From Desulfatiglandales bacterium (GTDB taxonomy: Bacteria > Desulfobacterota > DSM-4660 > Desulfatiglandales > Desulfatiglandaceae): 64,000 nt of DNA. The stretch spans positions 4,384,001-4,448,000 of the forward strand of contig OY759599.1 in assembly GCA_963662465.1 (NCBI GenBank), in the 5' to 3' direction. The notes beneath the pieces were generated by a model. That model was not told where the DNA came from. It ran no database searches and saw only the letters and a list, made by a program, of their open reading frames with translations. The position numbers and the translations under genes were made by a program. This document shows positions 20,138 through 29,922 of the stretch, one piece after another (the first letter of the stretch is position 1; each line of letters starts with the position of its first letter).

Positions 20138-22143
20138 CGCATAAGTCTAAATGTTGTGGGGTTGTATAACCCATCAAAATTAAAAGGCGTTTTCGGTAAA
20201 CAAGAATGCATTATGAACATTCATAACTTGAATCCAAGGTAAGTCAAATGTTTGGCCGTTGGCTAATTCAAAGGGACTTTTATGAGCATTTTTTGCGCCA
20301 GGTAAAAATGGGACAAAATTCCTGATAGTCGCATGTGCTCGAAAGAAAAGACTTGCCCATTTCTTATCTCGAAAACTCTCAATTTGTTTTAGTTTACGTT
20401 TGATTCCTTTTAAATAATTGTCAACAATGGAGGTTGTTTGTTTTATCCCATTTCTATTTTTATGAGAGGTATAATGAGTGGCATTTTCTTTTAATTCTAC
20501 TACCCTCTTTTTTAGTAATGGATGAGAAAATGCATCGTCATCTAATGCCTTAATCTTTACTTCCAAGTTAACTTTAGATGTGGATGTTTTCAAAACTTTC
20601 TTAAATTTTTTATAAAGCTTGTCCACTTCTTGGTCGGTACATTTTGATTCTTTTTGATATTTTGATAGTGCATCGTAGAAGTTTTTCAAACAATGACGAT
20701 GGCAATATCCGACCCAAATGTTATGGAATACGGTCTTGATAGCATTGGTTGAGGCTTTCCACTTATCTTTTGTTACACCAAGGATTTTGAAGTCGATTTT
20801 TTGCAAAAAATCCTCAAATGAACCGCACAGGTTTTCTTCATCAACATGATCAACATAATCGGAGTGCCATACTAATAAATTTTCAGGATCGACCATAACT
20901 ACAGAATAAGTTCTTAAATTTGGTTCTTTTTCAAAGCCCTCATCTTCCTGTAGATATCCTGAGCCTTTCACTCCTGCTCTTGTTAGTATTGTTGCAGGAT
21001 GAAGTGTTCCTGCCCATCGATTCCAGTTCAAGATGGTCTGTTTGCTTTTGACACTTTTTTTGCCAATAATTTTAAGGCTTTCGATGGCTCCTTGAATGCT
21101 CGCATTAAAACGGTACATATTCCGAAATACGTGCCCAATAATCTCTATACCAAAATTCTTTTCCCTTGGGAGAAAGCTGGGAACAAGAGAGAACTTTTGT
21201 TTGCACTTCCGGCATTGTATCATGCGGATTGGGAATGTCTGTTGTTCTCCTCCATTCATTATTGTTTTTCGAGGATTCCCGCGGAAACCAGATAAAATAT
21301 ATTCTTTAGGTCCAGAACATGTTGAATTATGGCCTGTGTGGTGATCATATTTATCGAGTTTATCTAATACTTCAATGCGAAACTTCTTACTATCTTTTAC
21401 GAGAGCATGATAGCTTTCGGTGTTATTATAAGGAAAGATATATGTTTGATTTCCTCGTTTAGAAACAAGGTCTTCCATTTTCTTTTTTACATTTTCGATT
21501 ATGGATTTATCAAAAGATTTTAACATCCCTATCTCAAATGCAATACTGATTGTACTATCACGACTTTTTACATTATTCAATTTTTTAGTAATATTACTTA
21601 TCATTGAACGAATTGAATAAAAGATTCTAATTTTCTGTCGATCCCGTTGTGTTTTTGGAATGCTTTTTTTCCCTTTTATTGGCTTACAAATATCCCATAA
21701 TTGACTTATTAACCTACCAAGTTCATCAATAAGAGCAGACAATGTTACATAAAAATATTGCAATGATTGAAACATCTCCCTTTCATTGATCCATGATCTG
21801 ATGGCATTAATGCATTTCTCAATTTCAAAGAAAATCTCAGGATACTGTTTTGGATCGTAATAACATTGTCTTGCAAGTCTGTTTTGAGCTTTGTCCAACA
21901 TTGTCAAAGCTCTCTTAATATTATTAATCATGTGCAACCTCTCTAATTTAACATAGACTGTTGCACTATGATTATGCACACTTATCAAAAAAAGTCCCTA
22001 ACTTTTTTCCGCTAAGGCGAATTCAGGAAAAAATGTTTGGCCTCACGAAATGCGCTTTGATTAGGATATTGATTCTGAACCGTTTAACAGATGAAATAAT
22101 TTCAATATGTTAGAGTAAACCCCACAACATTTAGACTTATGCG
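20138..22143 (-). mobile_element. 2006-bp IS, full copy with 8-bp TSD
   Basis: 26-bp IRs; TSD CCTTTTTC at 20130-20137 and 22144-22151. Confidence 0.95.
20180..21988 (-). CDS. DDE-type transposase (same protein as 6003-7811)
   Basis: Identical 602-aa translation. Confidence 0.85.
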   Translation of the reverse strand: MISVHNHSATVYVKLERLHMINNIKRALTMLDKAQNRLARQCYYDPKQYPEIFFEIEKCINAIRSWINEREMFQSLQYFYVTLSALIDELGRLISQLWDICKPIKGKKSIPKTQRDRQKIRIFYSIRSMISNITKKLNNVKSRDSTISIAFEIGMLKSFDKSIIENVKKKMEDLVSKRGNQTYIFPYNNTESYHALVKDSKKFRIEVLDKLDKYDHHTGHNSTCSGPKEYILSGFRGNPRKTIMNGGEQQTFPIRMIQCRKCKQKFSLVPSFLPREKNFGIEIIGHVFRNMYRFNASIQGAIESLKIIGKKSVKSKQTILNWNRWAGTLHPATILTRAGVKGSGYLQEDEGFEKEPNLRTYSVVMVDPENLLVWHSDYVDHVDEENLCGSFEDFLQKIDFKILGVTKDKWKASTNAIKTVFHNIWVGYCHRHCLKNFYDALSKYQKESKCTDQEVDKLYKKFKKVLKTSTSKVNLEVKIKALDDDAFSHPLLKKRVVELKENATHYTSHKNRNGIKQTTSIVDNYLKGIKRKLKQIESFRDKKWASLFFRAHATIRNFVPFLPGAKNAHKSPFELANGQTFDLPWIQVMNVHNAFLFTENAF

Positions 22144-23089
22144 CCTTTTTCGAGGCTGCAGTCATTCCTTTATGTTCAAGCTCCCATACTTGCTAGGCCC
22201 CCAGGTTGCACCCACCGCTGGAGATCAACTTCTCCAGGGCGGCCGGGCCGTTTACACCACGCAATGGACATGAGGTTACCCTTCATGAACTGTGGTATCG
22301 CTACACACTCGAATCGAGCAATTAGTATGACGGAACTTTCACCCGCTAGATTAAGGCCTTGTCGGCCGCTACCTAAGACCCCGGTGGCAACCTCAACACT
22401 CGCCATGGCGCATCAAGGTTTGCTGCCTTCCGCTTGCTCCAAAGCGTCGGCTTTCTCCCACATTTGTAGGATTATCCAATGACCACAACTATACATTTTT
22501 CGGGGCTCAATACACGTCCTGGATTCTCGTTCCGTCCAGCTCCATACGCCGGTTACCCGGTTTGCACGTGGACTTCACTACCGAACTGGTGGCTAACCTT
22601 TGCTCGGGTGGGACTTTCGCTTTCCGCGATCACCCACTGGATAACAATAACCAATTTCATCCCGATTTACGCGGGTTCCCAAGGTTTCGGGCTTACCTCG
22701 GCGCGAGCAGCGTTTGCTTCGCCACTGTGGACGATCCTAAGTATACGGAATTTCGGCGAAAACAACTGCACCTTTCCAGATTGATAATGCCTTATTTTCT
22801 TTGGGAACTCGGTTTGATTTTCGTGTTTCCACGAAATGCCTTAGGATCATATCAATTTCGAATTCCCACCATTAAATGAAAAAAACTTCCTTTTTGATTC
22901 TCCCCCGCACTTCAGGTTGCTTTTATGTTTTTGTCATTCCTTTCTTAGATGCTGGGTACATTCTTACCTACTGGGGACATCCTTTTCTTTGTAAATGGGT
23001 TAGATTATGTCCTAAATTTTGACCGTCCTTATAAGGCAATCGACTGAAATTTCAGTGAAAGATGTCGTCGCAAAAGAGTTGCGCCCATT

Positions 23090-23464
23090 TCAAATAACAG
23101 CTTTAAACTCTATTTTTTCATCTCCAAATGTCGATTCAACCACTTTATGCATCCCATGTCCGGGATTTCGCTCTTTGAAGGTTTTAATCAACTGGTATTT
23201 AGACAATAATTTCAAATCATTATTGAGACTTACAGGTGTACGCTGCATTACCGACATAAGTTCAGAGAATATGACTTTTTTCTTTTTCCTCAAATATTGG
23301 ATCAGCTTGGTTCTCTCTGGTTTTAGTATGGCCATTAAGTCTGAAGGAGCAACCCATATTATATTTTTTGGAGTTAATTTACGGCCCTCATCAATTTCTT
23401 TTGCTGTTTCTTTTGCTGAAACAAAAAAATCAGAAAGATCCCCTGTCTTTATCTCGAGCGTCAT
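23090..23464 (-). CDS. HTH antitoxin-like protein (HVO_A0114/TumA-like)
   Basis: LKPERTKLI...SELM..MQR...NNDLKLL HTH; ATGA-coupled to the upstream toxin-like gene. Confidence 0.65.
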   Translation of the reverse strand: MTLEIKTGDLSDFFVSAKETAKEIDEGRKLTPKNIIWVAPSDLMAILKPERTKLIQYLRKKKKVIFSELMSVMQRTPVSLNNDLKLLSKYQLIKTFKERNPGHGMHKVVESTFGDEKIEFKAVI

Positions 23465-23778
23465 TTTATGAACTCCCTTACTTCTTTTTCAAATCTTTCT
23501 ACAAGTTCCCGATAACTTATAAATTTTTCAACCTCAGATATTTCTCCAAAGTAGTGCTTATGGTGGAAATTATGAGTATTGTCATAGCCTAAAACCCTGC
23601 CATTATCTCCAGAGAAAATAAGATGATTGATATAGGCCATGCTGTATTTTACTATTTCGCCCTGTTCATTCTCCCATGCATCAATTTTGACAAGTCCTCC
23701 CCCTCTTTTGGGATTTATGGAGAATTGTTCAGATACAACTTTTTTGAACTTGGTTTTGCCCGTTCGTTTGGATTTCAT
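23461..23778 (-). CDS. DUF6516/TumE-like toxin
   Basis: KYSMAY...RVLGYDNTHNFHHKH motif. Confidence 0.7.
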   Translation of the reverse strand: MKSKRTGKTKFKKVVSEQFSINPKRGGGLVKIDAWENEQGEIVKYSMAYINHLIFSGDNGRVLGYDNTHNFHHKHYFGEISEVEKFISYRELVERFEKEVREFIK

Positions 23779-23849
23779 TTAATCATACTATCAGACATCA
23801 AAGTAGTTGTAAATCTGCACTTACGACTATTCTTGAGGTATTCATTGGG

Positions 23850-26075
23850 GTCGAGTAGCCAGGGGATGTTGCCATCCCCCAGCCCTCTAAGAACCGTGCG
23901 TGCGCCGTTAAACGCACACGGCTCAAGCATTCCAAAGGCAAGCCCTTTCGGGGCTACCCGGTTGTGACGTTTTATGCTCTTTACGCCTGTCTGCCTTCTG
24001 CTGACTGCGTTGGGCATATCGTTTCCTGAAATAGTGTTCATATTTCGGATCGAAGGGGTTCGCATCCCCTCGAATTTTGACATGGCGTTTTATCTTGACG
24101 TCGTAAGCTTTCTCAAGTTCAATTCTAGCGGATTTCGCATAGCCGTCCTTGATCACCGCTGAAAAGGACCACGGACGAGATCCTTTTGACCAGTATTTAT
24201 CCACCAGCCAACTCTTACTCTTGCCCGAATGTTTCCTCCTCATCCATTGCCAAATATAGCTGTAGATACGGTGATCTACAAGCCCGAAAGTTCTACCGGA
24301 AACCACATGCCTGTGGTAATTGGCCCATCCCCTGATTTTGGGATTGAGCACTTTAATCAGGGTGTCGGCTCTTGATGCCGCATGCTTTCGGATCGTTTGC
24401 CGGATATTGCCTAAGAAGGCTTTCACGTTTTTACGAGAGGGCTTTATCAAGAGCTTCCCCTGGTATTTGCGTGGATTCTGTCCGAGAAAATCAAATCCTT
24501 CTTCTATCCTTGTGATCAACGTCTTTTCCGCTGAAAGCGAAAGTCCTCTTCGCTCCATAAATGCTTCAATTTCCAGCTTGATCTCATTTAGCATCTCTCT
24601 GGAATTCCCGGTGATGATGAAATCATCAGCGTAACGGATTACGTTTATCTTGGACCGTATATTGCCCTGGATTCTTATCGGGGCGGTACTTTTGGCTGCC
24701 GCTTCCAGACCATCCAGGACCATATTAGCCAATGTTGGAGAGATAATCCCGCCTTGCGGGGTTCCTCTGTAAGTCGGATAGAGCTTGCCTCCTTCCACAT
24801 AACCGGATTTCAGCCATTTCTGAAGCGTCCGTTTATCCATGGGGATATTTTCGAGCATCCATTGATGGCTGATTTCGTCAAAACAGGCCTTTATGTCTCC
24901 CTCCAAAATCCATGCGGGTGAGTAGCTCTTGGCCAGAGAAATAAAACAATGACCGATGGCATCCGCACATCCTCGATAGGCTCTGAACCCATAAGAGTTC
25001 GGATCGGCGGTGGTTTCCGCCACCGGATCAAGGGCCAGTTTGTGCAACGCCTGCATGGCTCTGTCTTTCATGGTGGGAATGCCCAATGGGCGTTTCTTGC
25101 CGTTTTTCTTGGGTATGTAAATTCGGCGCAGCGGTTTGGGTCGGTAAGTTCTTCGGTGCAGGTCTTTTGCCGCCTGCATTTTGTCAATGTGGGTGGACCA
25201 TATAACTTTATCCACTCCCGGCGTGCGTTTACCTCGGTTGGAAGTAACGCGCTTGATGGCCAACAACTTGGCATAAAACGAATGGGTCAAAAGCCATTGT
25301 ATTGCCTTAACCTTTCCCCATCGCTTTTCCTTCACAGCCTTTGCGATACGCACCTGCAGTCTTCTAACGTGCTCGCCGGCGGTTCTCCAGTTTATGGATT
25401 TCCACCAGTTTGTTCCGTCCAAAGGTGCACCAGTCGCCAAAATGGCCACCGTCATTTGCTTTCCCCTGTTTGAAGATTCTACAAATTATCTCGCAATGGA
25501 ACACCGGTCAGAAGTCTGCTCTCTTTCGAGCCGGATCATGTAGGTGATTACACCGTCAATCCGTATCCCCATCATTACAACGGGGCATTTGCTTTTTTCT
25601 GACATCCTTTACCCGCAACCCCATGGGCTCACCTTGCGGTTCGCTTTCCCCGTGGGGAGGATTACGGGCTTACCATGTTCCGCGTAAGTACCCGAGCAGG
25701 TTAGGTTCCGCCCGTACGCCGGTGGCACGACATCCGCGATGGAGGAGTTCGCAGCCCCCATACCTGGCCACATACCGTTTGGTCCAAGCCTTTCAGCATC
25801 TTAGGCTTGTTCTCGTGACGACGCTGCAGCGATTCACATGTGTTAACCATACTGCTCAATTCTAGCTCCCTTACCGCATGATGCTTGCAGAGTTGAGGTC
25901 TCCTCACGGTTCCCTCTCCCGGAAGATTCCGCGGGCTTCATTGTCCCGAGAGCTTCACACCCCCGGATTACTCCGGACGCATGTCCCGGTAGAATACCTG
26001 TTGCAGAAAACAGGGTTTTGTTATATGGTTTATATCAATATACAAAACAGCTACTTACGCGACATCACGTCGCAC
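23850..26075 (-). mobile_element. Complete group IIB (chloroplast-like class) intron inserted in an attC R' core
   Basis: 5' GTGCG at 26075; DV GAGCCGTGTGCG...CGCACGCACGGTTC; DVI ending TACTCGAC at 23850; EBS1 and EBS2 match the 5' exon. Confidence 0.93.
23923..25455 (-). CDS. ltrA: Group II intron reverse transcriptase/maturase, with no HNH domain evident
   Basis: RVT_N-type W..INW...VRRLQ.RIAKA; RPLGIPT, GTPQGG, RYADDF, GFDFLG; maturase LNPKIRGWANY. Confidence 0.93.
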   Translation of the reverse strand: MTVAILATGAPLDGTNWWKSINWRTAGEHVRRLQVRIAKAVKEKRWGKVKAIQWLLTHSFYAKLLAIKRVTSNRGKRTPGVDKVIWSTHIDKMQAAKDLHRRTYRPKPLRRIYIPKKNGKKRPLGIPTMKDRAMQALHKLALDPVAETTADPNSYGFRAYRGCADAIGHCFISLAKSYSPAWILEGDIKACFDEISHQWMLENIPMDKRTLQKWLKSGYVEGGKLYPTYRGTPQGGIISPTLANMVLDGLEAAAKSTAPIRIQGNIRSKINVIRYADDFIITGNSREMLNEIKLEIEAFMERRGLSLSAEKTLITRIEEGFDFLGQNPRKYQGKLLIKPSRKNVKAFLGNIRQTIRKHAASRADTLIKVLNPKIRGWANYHRHVVSGRTFGLVDHRIYSYIWQWMRRKHSGKSKSWLVDKYWSKGSRPWSFSAVIKDGYAKSARIELEKAYDVKIKRHVKIRGDANPFDPKYEHYFRKRYAQRSQQKADRRKEHKTSQPGSPERACLWNA

Positions 26076-26161
26076 GCGAACGACAAGCTCACCAGCGCCT
26101 CCTCCGGGCCCCCGCCGGAACCGCCCAAGTATCAGGCGTCTGGTGCAGCGTTTGGTTCGCA
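26076..26161 (-). other. attC of the DUF1566 cassette
   Basis: TGCGAAC-CAAACGCTGCACCAGACGCC...GGCGCTGGTGAGCTTGTC-GTTCGC|C. Confidence 0.88.
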
Positions 26162-26582
26162 ATTCCAACGGCATATATGAGTAGTGCGGGCTTTATTCAA
26201 AGCCAACAATCGATTTATGAAGGCATAAAAACGCTTATGGCTTCTTCACTGGCGTGCCTTCAGTGTGGTCCCCTTAGTTTCTACGATTACTTAAAAGCAT
26301 GTTTTTGGCTTCAAAAAGGTGCTTCTAAGAATTAAAAACACCGTTTTTTTTAAGTCAAACTAATGAATTCATGTCTATCTTCTTGGTCCGACCCCAGATC
26401 TCAATTTCCGTTCCCTTTTGTCGCAAATGTCTTTTCCATCCCTATCCGGTTCCTGCACACAATGGGCCGTTGTACCAGCGAGATCTCAACTATCGTCAGT
26501 GATTTAAATCTCAACCTATGACAACACCTGTTTTTCACGCCGATGCTTTCGAAATGTCGCGAAAAAGACGTATAATGCTGAA

Positions 26583-27992
26583 TTATCGGGGAACCACAGT
26601 TACACTCGGCTGTAATTTTATGGACCCACCACCTGTGGATACAGGACTGTAAATCTGGCTCGTTCCGTTGTGATCTGCGAAAGAATTTTTCCATCCGCCG
26701 CTGATGGTAACCATTCCAGCCTTTTTCCAATCAGGAGCTTCTGAATAAGTACCATCTGCGACCTTGATAAGTGAACCATCTTCAGCCGCTTCTAGAGCAA
26801 GATTAATCGTTTGATAGCAAGGTTCTTGACCACATTGTCCATGGTTATCGACATACAATAATGTTCCGGATTGTTTAGTACGAACTGGCCACACGTAGTA
26901 GTCATCGGACTTATCGTGGTCGTTCACGATGCCGTAGTCCATGATCACGACCCACGCGGCGTCGGTATGGTGCGCATTGGTAGTGGACGACCAGTAGTCT
27001 CCAGACTGAACATTTGCAAAGGGATGGCCCGCCGGTAGCGCAAGGGAATATTGAGAGAAATCCGTCAGGCTGAGAAGCTCCTTCCGGTTTGGCAATCGCC
27101 AGTCCGTGTAGCCGGCCGCATAGTCCCCGCATGTATAGCTCCCCGGATTGACGTTCAAGTCTGCCACCTTGGCCAAGGCGGTCTGCCAGGACATAGACCC
27201 AAAACAGTTGGCATCCTTGAGCCACATCAGTCCCGTCAGGTTGTCCGTCACCGTACCGTCCCCATTGTCGGCAAGCCGGGGGTCGGGCCAGCCCACGCCT
27301 CTTTGCAAAGCGCCGTCATCTCCGACTCCATAGCTCTGGGTCTGCCCGGTTTTCCACACGGCTGCCAGCGGGATTTTTGCGGCGCGAACCGCCCATACAT
27401 AGCTGCTGATGGACTTATTGTAGCCCTCCATGAACCCGTTGGCCATGTATATGCCCCACGCGTACCCGGTATCGTTTGCGTAGGTAGTTGATGACCAGTA
27501 ACTGAAAGACTGAACGTCCGAAAAACCGCTCAAATTCAACCAACTTCCCGAATCGTCAACTGCCGCGTTGTATAGGCTTTGCAATTCATTGACATTGGGA
27601 AGTGCCCAGTCTGAATAAGTCCCTGTGTAGCCGCCGCATGTATAACTCCCCGGATTGGCGTTCAAGTCTGTCACTTTGTCCAGGGCGGCCTGCCAGGTCA
27701 GAGACCCAAGACAATCGGCGTCTTTGAGCCACATCAATCCACTCAAATTATCGGTAATCGTCCCATCGCCATTGTCCGTGAAGCGAGGATTGGGCCAGGC
27801 CGCACCTGCTTGAATATCTCCATCTTGGCCGGTTCCGGCGCAAGGAATTACGTTGCCCCCCTCATCGTAGCATGTGATTTGGCCTGTTTTCGGAAGATCT
27901 ACCGTGCCTGCAAATAAAGTGTTCGCAGTCAGAAACAATGAACCCATGGCTAACATCACCAACACAAAAAACCTTAACTCTTTTCTCATCAC
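26583..27992 (-). CDS. Secreted protein with two DUF1566 (Lcl C-terminal) repeats; gene cassette
   Basis: Signal peptide; 2x DNGDGT.TDNL.GLMW...W.LPN..EL...YWSSTT...AW...YVW.VR; RBS AGGAGG; cassette start GTTCGCG matches R'' TGCGAAC. Confidence 0.88.
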   Translation of the reverse strand: MMRKELRFFVLVMLAMGSLFLTANTLFAGTVDLPKTGQITCYDEGGNVIPCAGTGQDGDIQAGAAWPNPRFTDNGDGTITDNLSGLMWLKDADCLGSLTWQAALDKVTDLNANPGSYTCGGYTGTYSDWALPNVNELQSLYNAAVDDSGSWLNLSGFSDVQSFSYWSSTTYANDTGYAWGIYMANGFMEGYNKSISSYVWAVRAAKIPLAAVWKTGQTQSYGVGDDGALQRGVGWPDPRLADNGDGTVTDNLTGLMWLKDANCFGSMSWQTALAKVADLNVNPGSYTCGDYAAGYTDWRLPNRKELLSLTDFSQYSLALPAGHPFANVQSGDYWSSTTNAHHTDAAWVVIMDYGIVNDHDKSDDYYVWPVRTKQSGTLLYVDNHGQCGQEPCYQTINLALEAAEDGSLIKVADGTYSEAPDWKKAGMVTISGGWKNSFADHNGTSQIYSPVSTGGGSIKLQPSVTVVPR

Positions 27993-28350
27993 ATTAGTAC
28001 CTCCTTGTCAAAATTTGAACGGATTATCAAAAAAATAGAAATCGTATATGTGCACTGGCGCAAGAAAAAACGGACAAAAAAAAATCCTAATTCCCCTACA
28101 CCTCCTGAAGGTGAACATCAGCAGGGGTGACCCCACCCAGTGTCGGCCGGGGAAACTGGAAATTACTCAAGTGAACCGTTTCCCCTAATGCCAGGTGGAC
28201 GCGTTCAACATATGCCTTATGGGAAGCTGCATATATTAGAGCATCAAAACCTTATCATTTGCCTATGGTGCCAAACATGTGAGCCTGCCATTTTGTTTCC
28301 TCTTGTCTCCTAAGAAGACAGCATAAAACCTGACGCAATGTCCTCTTGCA

Positions 28351-28481
28351 CGCGAACGTTTAGTTAACTGGAAAACGGGTTCAAAAAAATATATTATCAT
28401 TCCAGCTGGTGACTTCGTAGGAACCAACGCATTTCGGTTTATCTCCCAATACCAGTTTTCCAGTTCAACGGGGTGTTGGAC
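28351..28481 (-). other. attC of the IS91-like cassette (repeated at 29960, 31569, 33178, 34787, 36396, 38005 and 39614)
   Basis: GTCCAAC-ACCCCG-TTGAACTGGAAAAC...GTTTTCCAGTTAA-CTAAAC-GTT; extrahelical base in L''; 131 bp. Confidence 0.88.
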
Positions 28482-28722
28482 AGAGCCGCGGGTCATCAGC
28501 ACATACTTTGCCGGAAGCAGGAGATCGGCTATGGAGATTAAGGGAGCTTCTCAGCTGTCGCGTGACCTCTTTTTAACCCGTCATGGCCGGTTAAGGATGA
28601 TAAAATTCCTGCTTTCAATTGCATGATCCGTCAAAAACCCTGAAATATCGCGTTATTTATCCCTTTACCAAACGCCTCGCCATTCAAGTGCCTTTTTGAA
28701 TATGCTCATGTTTATTATCGTT

Positions 28723-29922
28723 TTACGCTGCCTGTGCATATACCGTATCCGGGTCCTTATTGAACCTCGGAAGACTTTTTGACTTTCTTACCGGTGCAAC
28801 TATTTTCAACGTAATAAGACGTTTCCCGCAAACTGGGCAACAATCCGGTTGCTCGTCGCTTCGCTGCTGCCACAGACTCTGCCAGTCCAGAAATTCCGTA
28901 TCTTCAAGTGCCGGTTGTCCCAGTATTTCCCGGCAGCGTGCCAGTTCTTTTTTTGCGTTGTGATGGTAAAGGCCGTATGAACGCACCATCATGGAATTCG
29001 CCAGGGGAACGTGTTGCAGGTAGCGGCCGATAAAGGTTTGAATCGGCAAGGTAATGAGTCTTACCCGCTCACGACCGTAATTGAAGGTGACGTTTCCGTT
29101 TTCAATGCGGAAGATGCGTTTATTTGAGATCGGTCCGCCTCTCAGATACCGGGCCAGGTAAATTAAGACCCCTTCTCCGTATGAATAGGTCTCCTTGAGT
29201 TTAACGTTCCACTTCTTACGGCGCCCCAACTTATTAAACAGGTTTCGCGCCTGCTGCGGTCCCATGCCTTCGGGCAGAATCAGTTCTTCACGGGCAAGGG
29301 CTTTTCTCAAATAGTGGAGATATTTTCCTCGAAAAACCGCCCGGACAATGCCAAACGGCAGAAGAAACGTTTTTGATGAAGCAATCCACTCGCCGGCGGA
29401 CAGACCACCGGCCGTCACCAAACAATGCAAATGGGGATGAAAATCCAATTTTCGGCTCCAGGTATGCAACGAGGCAATGATGCCGACTTTGGCCCCCAAA
29501 TGCTTCGGGTCTCCAAGGAGTTCGGAAAGGGTCTCGGTCGCGCTTTTGAACAGCAGATTAGCCATGACTTTACGGTTCAGCCGCCATAAGTCATGCAATT
29601 CATCGGAGATGGTGAAAATAACGTGGAAATGCTCGGCACTCAGGAGTCGGGCCTTTTGTTTCGCCAGCCACCGCTCAACCTGGGTGAAGGCGCAGAGTGG
29701 GCACATACGGTGTTTACACGAGTTATACCAGACCCTCTGGAAGTGACCATCCGGACATGCCTGGACGTGCCCCCCCAGAATGGACGTGCGGCAGGACATC
29801 AGACGATGAGCCGCCTCACGAATATGTTCCGGAAGACAATGCGTCTGATTATAGAGGGCATAGCCAAGAAGAAAGATGCCCTGAATCGTCGTTTCCACTG
29901 CGATTTCACCTATTTCTACCAA
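28723..29922 (-). CDS. IS91-family (Y2 HUH) transposase, copy 8 from attI
   Basis: Zn-binding CPDGH...SCKHRMCPLC; HUH HPHLH; Y2 YLARY; VRSYG; CPVCG. Confidence 0.92.
   Translation of the reverse strand: MVEIGEIAVETTIQGIFLLGYALYNQTHCLPEHIREAAHRLMSCRTSILGGHVQACPDGHFQRVWYNSCKHRMCPLCAFTQVERWLAKQKARLLSAEHFHVIFTISDELHDLWRLNRKVMANLLFKSATETLSELLGDPKHLGAKVGIIASLHTWSRKLDFHPHLHCLVTAGGLSAGEWIASSKTFLLPFGIVRAVFRGKYLHYLRKALAREELILPEGMGPQQARNLFNKLGRRKKWNVKLKETYSYGEGVLIYLARYLRGGPISNKRIFRIENGNVTFNYGRERVRLITLPIQTFIGRYLQHVPLANSMMVRSYGLYHHNAKKELARCREILGQPALEDTEFLDWQSLWQQRSDEQPDCCPVCGKRLITLKIVAPVRKSKSLPRFNKDPDTVYAQAA

Larger units (their letters stand above)
19434..22373 (-). ncRNA. ORF-less group II intron (about 926 nt once the IS is removed) nested in the class E-like intron
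   Basis: Domain V-like CCAACCGGACTCGGGAAATCCGACCGTCCGGG; 3' end TACCCGAC. EBS1 TAAGAC (20072-20077) complements the exon end GTCTTA. Its removal restores the sequence seen at 2170-2190. Confidence 0.8.
18525..22706 (-). mobile_element. Class E-like group II intron, 3'-truncated, inserted in an attC and hosting a nested intron
   Basis: 5' end TCGCGCCGAGGTAAGCCCG; RT fragment FTSLAHWID...GVD...KRPIGIPALEDKIVQ...SHGFR; stops before YADD. Confidence 0.8.

Noticed and set aside
25639..25644. Second GCGAAC as EBS1
   Set aside because: It lies in the domain III-like GGGAAAGCGAACCGCAAGG segment, not in the domain I stem-loop.
23923..27992. Complete DGR (RT next to a DUF1566 gene)
   Set aside because: The RT lies inside a full group II intron with domains V/VI and has maturase motifs; no template repeat or avd gene was seen.
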